From assembly GCA_965649825.1 (NCBI GenBank), contig OZ287707.1:186001-250000 (forward strand): a stretch of 64,000 nt of DNA, written 5' to 3'. The notes beneath the pieces are model-generated. The model did no database searches and was not told the origin of the DNA. It saw only the letters and a list, made by a program, of their open reading frames with translations. Made by a program: the position numbers and the translations under genes. Below, in pieces: positions 38,077 through 47,530 of the stretch (the first letter of the stretch is position 1; each line of letters opens with the position of its first letter). This DNA is from Penicillus capitatus (lineage: Eukaryota > Plantae > Chlorophyta).

Positions 38077-38868
38077 ATGTCGACCCCCTATACGGCTTGG
38101 ATTGTTCTCTTCTGCATCGTCTCCGTCGCGGAGATGGGTAAACCGTCATTCCCGTTCACGAATGAACTCGAGTGATATGCTGTGAACAGGATACGCAACG
38201 TCGCGCAGTAGTTTGGCCGTGACAGGCGTGAAGTCGACGCGTGCCTTGAAAGCCTTGAGTTGCAATCCGATGACGGCTTGTTCGTGGGCGAGAACAAACA
38301 GCGCCAAGTTCATAAACTACTTGCAGACAACCACAGATGACGTCTGCACGTGCACATGCCCCAGCAATCAAGATAGACTGGCCCATGACGCGGCAGAATC
38401 TTCCAGCTTTCAATCTGTTATTGCCCTGGAGAGACTGAAATTCAAAGGCTGTGATCTTGACATCAAGAATGGAAACATGAATACTCCACTGCACGATGCT
38501 TGCGAGCACTGTAATGTTCCTCAGGCCGCGGTAAGAAATACACTGTTTCTGTTTTTCCTCTCATTTCGAGATGTTACAGTATCTTGTGAACTCCGGCGCA
38601 GATTTCATGAGCTTGAACAACGACGGATGGTCTCCGTTGTGTCTCTGCGCTGCCAATTGCTCATCCAAGGCTGAGGATCTCGTTAAAAATATGATTAATA
38701 GAATGACCTCCGGAGGTAGCAAGACGTGTGTCATGTGCCAAAGCGGCAAGAGTGCTAGTGCCACGGCAAAGGACCCGAAAATCAAGGAGGTGAGTATATC
38801 TTCGTCGTTTGCGTTTGCCTTCATTCTTTTCCCTGAAACAGGTTATCGCTAAAGGCACCGGCTGCTGA
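38077..38868 (+). CDS. Secreted cysteine-rich ankyrin-repeat protein, type A (4 exons)
   Basis: Signal peptide MSTPYTAWIVLFCIVSVAEMG (intron 38138-38189), CTCTC motif, ankyrin NTPLHDACEH and GWSPLCLCAAN, ends GTGC-stop. Confidence 0.8.
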
Positions 38869-39634
38869 ACTGGGAAGCTTCATGCGGCTGCCTGCCACGA
38901 CTAGATTCCTTTCCTTTGTTGTTGGATGAACCGTTTGTCAACCATGCGTTCCTTCCCGTTGCATTCAGAAATTATTCTCTTCAAAAAACACTTGAACGAA
39001 TCGTGGTTAATGGATTCGAAGAATGTTCCACAAGGATGTATTGAGGCACGAACCGTGCATTGTTAAAAAACGATCCATGTATTGAGGCATGAACTAGCAA
39101 CTGTTCAAATGGAAGATAGTGGTTTAGCTGAACAGTTCAATCAGAAGCGAACGTCGCATCGCGATGTTCCATTGCTTCGCTGTTTGTCTCCGCTTGCTTT
39201 GCGGCATCGACCTCTGTGAACCATCCATCGCTCCAAAACCCGACGCTGTCGCCTACAAGCCGGAAAAACAGAGGATGGATGGACATCCACTAACACAGCC
39301 CGTGAATAGAGTGTCTGAAAAACATCACGCATGAATAGAGTAGCTGAACTGAATGAAAATAAATGGCGAAGACAAAACCTAACAGCCTTGTGAATTTGAT
39401 GCGGAACTTCCCACTTAAACGCAGGTATACGGATATGTCGATGCGAAATCCGCCCTGAAGATTCTAGACGTAGCCGCGGTATTCGCGCCTGGGCCAATAG
39501 TTTACGTACGTCATGTAGCGACAGTCTGCGTTGACGTACAAAAAGCAATTCCGCGACGGAGTCCACAACTTGGCGTTCTGGTCTTATCGAGTTTTCCGTA
39601 CTGGTCGACGTGCCATTTCAGCAACGACCTCCTG

Positions 39635-40426
39635 ATGTCTTCTGTGCGTACCATTGCTTTGGCTTTTTTCCTCGTCGTAGGAACGCGCTACGGTAAGTTA
39701 TTTTAATTCGAAGGCATCCATCAGGAGCCAGAGTGCTGTAGTCTCGGCGGGTGTCGTTCCATCTTCTATGCCCAACCCCGACAATCCCGATACCTGCCCG
39801 GCGAATCTCTGCAGAGCAGCTGTCGAACGAGACGAGGGAAAGATAAGAAGCGCCATTGAGATAGGGACGCCAAACATCTGCAACTGCACGTGCGACCCTG
39901 ACCCCGTGCCGGTCACCAACAAGACGCTCCTCCACGTGACGGCGTTATACGAAGAGTCCGTGGCCTGCGCCAATCTGTTGCTCGACACGCCGCCGAACTG
40001 TTCGGTCAATGTGCTGGACGCGAAGAAAAACACGCCGCTGCACGACGCCGCGGCATCGTGCCTTCCGCCCATGGCATACGTGCGACCTCCATCCGGCTTT
40101 CGATTTGCAGAATGGTGACTGTCGCGTTCAGGTCTTCATGGAGGCCGACGCCGAGGTCGAGCTCGAGAACGATGATGGATACACGCCAATGTGCGTGGCC
40201 GCGTCCACAGACGACCCAAACTGTGCCGGCGTTGTCATCCATTTGGTCGAATACGGGGCAGACATCTGCAAGAAATGTAATGGAACACTGCCTTACGATC
40301 TGGCAGCCAACAAGATCGTGAAAGACGTACGTCCATCTCTCTTACAACGCTGCTAGCATCTCTCCATGTTCACAGATCATCGAACAGAACAACGGCACGC
40401 TGGCAGAGGACGGAGGAATTTGCTAA
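39635..40426 (+). CDS. Secreted cysteine-rich ankyrin-repeat protein, type B copy 1 (4 exons)
   Basis: MSSVRTIALAFFLVVGTRYVSA signal peptide; ankyrin repeats KTLLHVTA, NTPLHDAA, GYTPMCVAA, LPYDLA; ends IIEQNNGTLAEDGGIC-stop; all introns GT-AG, about 50 nt. Confidence 0.85.
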
Positions 40427-41435
40427 AAGCTTAGCTCTGATGGAGCCTGCACAACACGGGTGAAGTGAGGAGGCTGGCATTTTATTGTTTTGCGCCGCTG
40501 ACCCAGCGGTCATCGTCTTTTCTTCTCTTCCACGTCTAGCTGGGATTGTGAATGGCAGCATCTACATCATTGTTTTGCGGTGGTGGATGTTCAATGCCGA
40601 TTGTCATTTGGCAAAAATCAAGTGATGTGACTCGAACGGAGAGGTGTGTTAGAACCACTGAGTTGCTCTCGCTGTCTCCGTCCAATCGATGCGGCTTTCG
40701 GTTCGCAGATCTAAACATCATGTCATCATCGTTCAGACATGAACGTAGACATTCGGTTTCTCACAATAAGTGATTGCATCACACACAGGTATGTGGCGTG
40801 TGTCGCCTCGGTTAGCCCCTTCAACGCTGGGATCGTCACGTCGCATGTGGCTATGTCTGATTTCCATGCCGTTAACGCATCACTCAACGAGAATCGTAGC
40901 AACGTGGGGTGATGCGCCCCAGTTGGCATGGCTGAGACGCCGGATAGCTGCCAGACGGTACACACATCTCTTTATGGCGTCTTGGACATAACTCTACATG
41001 GTTTACTTGGCCTCCATGTTGAGATCTAGGTAACAAAGTATCTGTTCTTCGGAGAGCTTCTTTGATCTCAAGCAAGCCTCCACCGAATGCTGCCCCCACT
41101 TTACTTACTAAATCGCAGAGGGTGGCTTTTTTGAGTGTTGAACACGAGGTTCGCTGTTCCACAGTTCATTATTCTGTCGACACTGTCTTGTGAACTTGAA
41201 GCAGAACTTCCCACTAAAACGAAGGTATACGGATAGGTCGATGCGAAATCCGCCCTGAATATTTCCCGAGAAAGCCACGGTATTCACGCCTGAGCCAGTC
41301 GTTTACGTGCGTCATGCAGCGACGGTCTGCGCTAACATACAAATAGCCATCTCGCAGCGGAGTCCTCAAGTTAAGGTTTTGGTCTTATCGAGTTTTCCAT
41401 ACTGGTCGACGTGCCATTTCAGCAACGACGAGCCG

Positions 41436-42226
41436 ATGTCTTCCGTGCGTATTCTCGCCTCTGTTTTCTTCCTCGTCGTGGGCGCGAGCTACGGTAAGTC
41501 TTTTTAATTCGAAGGCATCCACCAGGAGCCAGCGTGCTGCAGTCTCGGCGGGGTTTCGTCCATCTTCTATGCCCAACCCCGACAATCCCGATACCTGCCC
41601 GGCGAATCTCTGCAGAGCAGCTGTCGAACGTGACGAAGGAAAGATAAGAAGCGCCATTGAGAGCGGGACGCCAAACATCTGCAGCTGCACGTGCGACCCC
41701 GACCCCGTGCCGGTCACCAACAAGACGCTCCTCCACGTGACGGCGTTATACGAAGAGTCCGTGGCCTGTGCCAATCTGTTGCTCGACACGCCGCCGAACT
41801 GTTCGGTCAATGTGCTGGACGCGAAGAAAAACACGCCGCTGCACGACGGCGCGGCATCGTGCCTTCCGCCCATGGCATACGTGCGACCTCTATCCGGCTT
41901 TGCCTTACGCAACGAGGACTGTCGCGTTCAGGTCTTCATGGAGGCCGACGCCGAGGTCGAGCTCGAGAACGATGATGGATACACGCCAATGTGCGTGGCC
42001 GCGTCCACAGACGACCCAAACTGTGCCGGCGTTGTCATCCATTTGGTCGAATACGGGGCGGACATCTGCAAGAAGTGCAACGGAACGCTGCCATACGATC
42101 TGGCAGTCAACAAGATCGTGAAAGACGTACGTCCATCTCTCTTACAACGCTGCTAGCATCTCTCCATGTTCCCAGATCATCGAACAGAACAACGGCACGC
42201 TGTCAGAGGACGGAGGAATTTGCTAA
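41436..42226 (+). CDS. Secreted cysteine-rich ankyrin-repeat protein, type B copy 2
   Basis: Same exon structure and near-identical mature sequence to copy 1; signal peptide MSSVRILASVFFLVVGASYVSA. Confidence 0.85.
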
Positions 42227-42264
42227 ATGCTTAGCTCTGATGGAGCTTGCACATGGGAAATGAG

Positions 42265-42580
42265 GATTGCATTTTATTGTTTTTTTTCCTGCTCACGCAT
42301 CGGTCATTCATCGTCTTTTCGCTTCTACATCTGAGCTGGCATTGTAATGGTAGCATCTACATGTATGTCTTGCAGTGATGGATGTTCAACATCATCTGCC
42401 GAGAATCAAGTGCTTCTCTCCGATGGAACTTACACACGGGAACAAATGAGGATCGCATTCTATTATCTTTTGCGCTGCTCGCTCATCGGCCATCGTTTCT
42501 TCGCATCTACATCTGAGCTAGGACTGTGAAGGGCAGCATCTACATGATTGTTTTGCAGTGATGGACATTCTGATACCATC
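42265..42580 (+). repeat. About 190-bp imperfect tandem duplication in the 3' flank of ANK-B2 (also at about 49090-49410; single copy at about 40460-40600)
   Basis: The unit ...ttttattg/atcttttgc..gctca..catcgg..catcg..ttcttc..catct.agct...gcatctacatg..ttgcagtgatgga... occurs twice in succession. Confidence 0.7.
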
Positions 42581-43311
42581 ACGTGCCGAATCACATGCTG
42601 TAGCTCGAACGCCAACACATGTTAGACCCACATTTGCTTTCGCTCGTTGATCTTCGTTCGATGTGGCCTTCGGTTCGCGGATCCAATCCCCGCGTTATCA
42701 TCGTTCAGACATGAACCCGATCATCGAGTTTCGCAATAAGTCATTGCATGACACACAGGTATGTGGCGTGTGTCACATCGACTGTCCCCTTTTACGCTTG
42801 GATCGTCACATCGTTGCCGTCATGTCTGGTTTCCTTGCCACCGATGCATGATGCGAAGTGGAACACATCAATCAGAGTTTGCGAAGTCTGCACAATCATA
42901 GATTTCGGCCTTCTTGTCACCGTTGCACTGTCAGGTCATGCACAGCACGATCATCTAAGGAGTCTTCATCTGTCATGAATGTCCCTGCTGCGGCCTTGTC
43001 TCTTTAATCGAGTTCTGTGCAGAATTTTTTCAACGTGAATTGTGAGAATGGGCGAAACATGTCCAAGTGTAGAACTATTCGTACCAATCGTCCCTCCGCT
43101 CTTGAGCTCTTCAGCTGAATTTCGTCCACATTTCGCAGATACGCTCCAGTCACGTCAGTAGAGTACCGCGAGCTACACCTCAGTAAAGAACTAGTCTTGG
43201 ACTCCATCCGCTGTGTTAAAGAACCAAGAACTCCAATAGGGAATGGAAAGGAGATTTCTTCGCCCACGCCTCCGGTTGCCAAAGAGACACCATCTCAAAT
43301 GGACTCCTCGA

Positions 43312-43661
43312 ATGCCACCGGCTCCTTCTCCTTCTCCGACAGTTCCCAGTTCATCTGCAATGCCGTTTCCACCCGAGTTGTGCAGTATCGTTGCCCGCTG
43401 CGATCAATTCCTCAATAGAGTAGCCGTCTCGCACAATGTTACTGGAATTCGTGACTGTGATTATCCCGCGGCAAACGGGATGTCTCTCCTACAAAGTCGC
43501 TGTGGATTTCGCGGTCGAGAGTGTCGGCTCTCTGCTGTCTACTGCCACGTCCGAGCTTTGTTCTATCGTTGCAGGTCATCGAACAGAACAGTGGCAGACT
43601 TGTCGAGGACGGCGGAACCTGCTTGGCCAGAAATGATCTACTGTCTTTTCTTTCGGTCTGA
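43312..43661 (+). pseudogene. Divergent, internally deleted/frameshifted relic of the type-B ankyrin family
   Basis: ELCSIVARCD~NLCRAAVERD; then in another frame TGCLSYKVAVDFAVES~NGTLPYDLAANKIVKD; same last intron position; last exon VIEQNSGRLVEDGGTC~IIEQNNGTLAEDGGIC. Confidence 0.7.
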
Positions 43662-44699
43662 CTGCCATCGTAGAGGCACTCCAGTGCTCTGCGAAGCCTT
43701 GTTTCGCTGTGTGCATCGCAGCTCATCGAATTGTCTTTTCTTCAATACGCTTCAAACAAGCGTCTCGTCGACCTTTCCTTCTTGTCGCCACGGCACAGCA
43801 AGATCCAGCTTGGCAGCGATTCGTCGGTGTCGAACGAGTACCTAAACTCCGTGCCGGCGGACGATTTGTCCTCTCTGGCTGATTCTTCTGACTTCATGCG
43901 AGAGCCGCCCATTGGCAGTGGATTATCTTCTGTCTTCGATACCGCAACCCCCGTCCTTTTCCTCTGATTGTCGGCACACTGACACGAACTAGCACTCGGG
44001 ATGACATACAAAGTGGACTCGGGGAGGCGATCACGAGAATCGTGTTGTATCCGAGACAGCAGAAGGCTTGATGGACGACTACTGGGAGGTAGCTCCTGAA
44101 GGAAGGCTCGTCATGGCGTCAAACGTCATTGAGACGCGTCGTTATCGTCACTTCCGAGTGACAGCGACAAACGAAGTCCTCGGCTCGTTGGAAACAGAGG
44201 ACGTTGCGTGACCTTCTGTGACGACTGAATTCGAGTACGCTGACGCCGTTTTGGATGCGATTGACACGCGAAACGTCGCCATGCGCCACGATAGAAGATG
44301 CAAGTGCACGGCGTAAGTTCAACGTTCCACAGAATACTCACCGTTCGCTCTTTCCATCCACATCACCGATTGCGATCCTTTGTGCGTCCAATTGTGGTGA
44401 CGTCCTGCTGCGCGGTCCACTGCCTCCCCCTGTTGAGATCTCCCTTCTCCTGACGCGGGGTGCCTCATGCGACTTCTTCAGCTTGACTTTTCAGGCTTGT
44501 TAGAACTGCTGTCTGCGTCTGGTGACCACCGACTGCATCGGTGTCACACGATAGACGAGAGGGCCAACGATGAGAACATGTCGCTTACAACGCTGATGTC
44601 TGAACCGTCACGCGACTTCTGCCGTGAGCGTCGCCAAGATTGTTCCGCGGTCATGCTCCCGGGGTAGTCTAAACCGCCTTTTGTTGGACGTGTTAACGT

Positions 44700-45560
44700 G
44701 CCTTAGTCGTGTGTGGCGGCGGCAGAGTCTTGTACGCTTTTGCGCGGTCCTGAATGGCTGTAGGTGAAAATAACAGCGTGTAACGGAGTGGTCCGAATCC
44801 TCGGAAGAACTTAGTCGCCGAAAGGCTGTTCAATGTCAGGCTTGTTGTAGCGATGCTACTGTCCTTGATCGCATACACGCTTTTTGAACACAACTCCATC
44901 GTTCCATGTTTCGAAAGAGAAGCGAGGTACTCCGCTCAGGCAAAGAAGACGAGTGTAACGGTAGGTTGAAGTACGTCCATGGCTAATTGTTCAAGTTCTG
45001 CTTGAAGAGGGCGCACGCTTTTTAGAGAAGATCGACCACAAACCTGCAAAACCTTCACCTGTCCTGGTAAAGCACGAATGAAATCGAACGGTCCTTGAAC
45101 ATCTAGAAGAGAGTGTCGAAGTTCTCGTTCTATGTCCTATTTCGTTTTTGGTTTGACGTTTTTGTGTTCTCCCTCCTCGATCAATTTATTCCACTGTTCT
45201 TGAAAACATTAAGAGCCAAACTCCGAATGTCGTGCAATGCGTTGTGCTGTCTTTGCGATGATTGTAACGTTCACTTGTCGACGACGCGTTGTGTGACATT
45301 CTGTGGACTGTCGGAATTTTCTGCTATGTGTTATGGATTTGCTCACAAGTTCTTTGGTAGTTGTGTGGCGCGTATTGAATTTCCCACAGAGGTTTCGATG
45401 TCAATCTCCAATTGCTGTTACTTGGAAGGCTTTGGTTGTATGTAGTGTCGCGCGAATATCGCGTGTGCAGACGAACTTATGCAAATCAAAACGAAGGTCT
45501 GCAGATGGTCGTGTTCTGCTCAAAGACCTGGTTTTTATACCCCCCCCATTTCATGATTCA
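44700..45560 (-). mobile_element. Decayed Mutator-like (MULE) transposase
   Basis: Ordered fragments with stops/frameshifts: CTRDIRATLHTTKAFQVTAIGD*HRNLC, HTTTKELVSKSI, VNVTIIAKTAQRIARHSEFGS*CFQEQWNKL, NENFDTLF*MF, LAMDVLQPTVTLVFFA*AE. These resemble MULE CxWRIHAS..FQV..EHTC, EFGSFEESY, RFKRLFWAF and GMDANNQIFPLAFA. No TIRs found. Confidence 0.55.
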
Positions 45561-45779
45561 TGCTTCACGGCATGTTGACGTCACGACTGACGTCATGGGA
45601 CGTCACATCGGCTTGAACGTCTTCCCCTCCTTTACCTTCGTCTTCGTGACAGTAGTATGCATCTGTTAATTTAGACGATAGTGGCAACGCGCCTTCTGGT
45701 TCCGGCCAACAACCCCTTGTAACGTGGAATGTGTCGAACGTGAGGTGAACGGGCGTTTAAAGCAACAGCGAGTTCTAGA

Positions 45780-46490
45780 TTTCATCGGCTTTTTTTGTGG
45801 ACGAGGAGTCGTTTACGAAGGTCCTACGGGTAGAGGTAGGTCATTTTATCGGTTTAGGACAGCAACCGTGGCATTGAACCGCAGAGATTGTCTGCGTAAC
45901 GTCAGTTCACCTACCTACTCGACAGTTGCACCTGAAGCTACTAACCAATCCATCAAATATTTCTTCAAGATCCGCGGGTCGTACTTTTAGATGCTATTTG
46001 TTTATTCCTCGTAACCAAATCCTTCTAACGTGTGCTCCATGGGGTCTTCTTGCAACTCGCAGAATTCGTCAAAGCTCCATCGCTGGCTAACAATTCGATG
46101 AAAGTCGAGGTTCGGCAGTCAGCCAAGGAAGGCTTACGGAGAACGAAGCACAGTATGGCACGTGTTCGTGTGTACGGATCGCGATTTGACTGCGGAGGTG
46201 CCGAGCGACCTGCATTGCTGTGTATTCCAGACTACCTTGGACGAAAACACGGCCTTCGAATTGCGAAAGGAACAAAAAATCAGCTTTATGTGCGGACTCA
46301 CTCGGCCCCGCACCCTGCCGTAACGGAAAGGGGTGAGGGCCATCGTACGGTCCGCACGTTAAAACCTGAAGCGGATTAAAAGAACGGAGTTTTTCATACA
46401 ATGATTCTGCCCCTTTAATGCGAAACTTCATTTCGTTTGTGTCAGTGGACAGCTGTTCACCTTCATGCGGCCGACCAAGGAATTGCATAA
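45780..46490 (-). pseudogene. Decayed coding sequence of unknown type upstream of the MULE relic
   Basis: Coding-like frame QRWSFDEFCELQEDPMEHTLEGFGYEE*TNSI*KYDPRILKKYLMDWLVASGATVE*... with five TAA/TAG stops; an intron-like GTAAGC...TTAG segment of about 51 nt. Confidence 0.35.
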
Positions 46491-46949
46491 ATTCAAGACA
46501 GTATTGAATGAACAGTCTTTGTAGCTATAAGCCTTCGTCGTATTCGCGTGTGTTTGCTCATCGACAGCGCGACAATTTGTCCAATCAATTTGTTGGGCCA
46601 AATCAACGGTCTCGCAGAAGGTAAATTAGATAGAAAACAGATAGTTGCACGGGATGCGACTCTCGCATTTAGAACGATAGCAAAGCTGCCTTGTCATCTT
46701 AGATGCCGTCTCTGTAGAAACTGCGAGGCAGTCTTCGAGAATTGCAGTACAGATCTCTGCGCGGAGCTGTCAGTGAAGATCCGAGAAGTTCACAGTTAAG
46801 TCCTCGCCTAGCATTGCGGTAAACGTCACTCACGAAGCTCCTATCGATTCACACCTGGCTGTCAAATCTCGTCGCCAAAAGCGAAAAAGCTCCAGACGCA
46901 AGGCATCGTTTGACAAGCACAAGCTTTACTCCTGTCGCTAGACCGCTTG

Positions 46950-47530
46950 CCTTTGGATGCCAGACGTTCTCTGTCTGCTGCAAGAAGCTGTTCGCTGTCC
47001 TCTTCAATTTCGAATCTCACATCGCAATTCCCTATCGTTCTCTGCGATACCAACTCGAGAATTCTTCTGCACTTGTGACATGAGCCACTCTGCCCTCGAC
47101 AGGAGCAGTGCTGTTCACTTCGTAGATCCGTCCTGGCGCTTCTTTACTTTATTAAACGTACGGGATGGTTATTTCCGCATTGCAGTGGATTCTTACCACA
47201 GCCGTTTGTTCTGCTTTTCCGTTTGGTCGCCGTCTTCACATTGTTACCCTTCCTCAGAGATGATATCCAGTGCCGGCTTCTTCACCGACCGTGTTCGCCG
47301 CATATTGGGAAATGCACCTTCTGGATAGGCGTACTTTGACGACATTATTGTCGGTAGTCGAGATCGTAAACTAATGGCCGCATTTCGCGCACTTTCCTCT
47401 CTGTGTTGCAGGATGCCGGGATGCAAATAAATCCACGAAGATTCAGTTTTCTCGTCCATTTGTGCAGCACTTGTGTTTTCCTTCGCTCTTCGCCCTGAAA
47501 CAGGTTATCACAAAAGGCATCAGCTGCTGA
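46950..47530 (+). pseudogene. Relic of a type-A ankyrin gene; only the last intron end and last exon are clearly retained
   Basis: 47504-47530 GTTATCACAAAAGGCATCAGCTGCTGA (VITKGISC*) matches the type-A last exon VIAKGTGC* with the same acceptor ccctgaaacag. The upstream FFCTCD fragment is only weakly similar. Confidence 0.55.

Noticed and set aside
38990-39140. CRISPR-like repeats
   Set aside because: Only two 18-nt direct repeats, eukaryotic context, no cas genes.
39141-39330. Minus-strand peptide DSVGFWSDGWFTEVDAAK in the duplicated spacer
   Set aside because: The start and frame are not conserved between the two copies (52-aa ORF in one, frameshifted in the other); DNA identity is explained by the duplication.
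39693-39713. Apparent 21-nt ultra-short intron in ANK-B genes (gtaag...cgaag)
   Set aside because: It puts exon 2 out of frame; the downstream acceptor (49-nt intron) restores the frame in all three copies.
40884-41162. Minus-strand ORF KKATLCDLVSKVGAAFGGGLLEIKEAL between ANK-B1 and B2
   Set aside because: Non-ATG start, no family recognised; possibly a fragment of another relic.
43680-44655. Possible minus-strand gene for a disordered protein (MTAEQSWRRS...)
   Set aside because: Could not assemble a stop-free spliced frame; no domain recognised.
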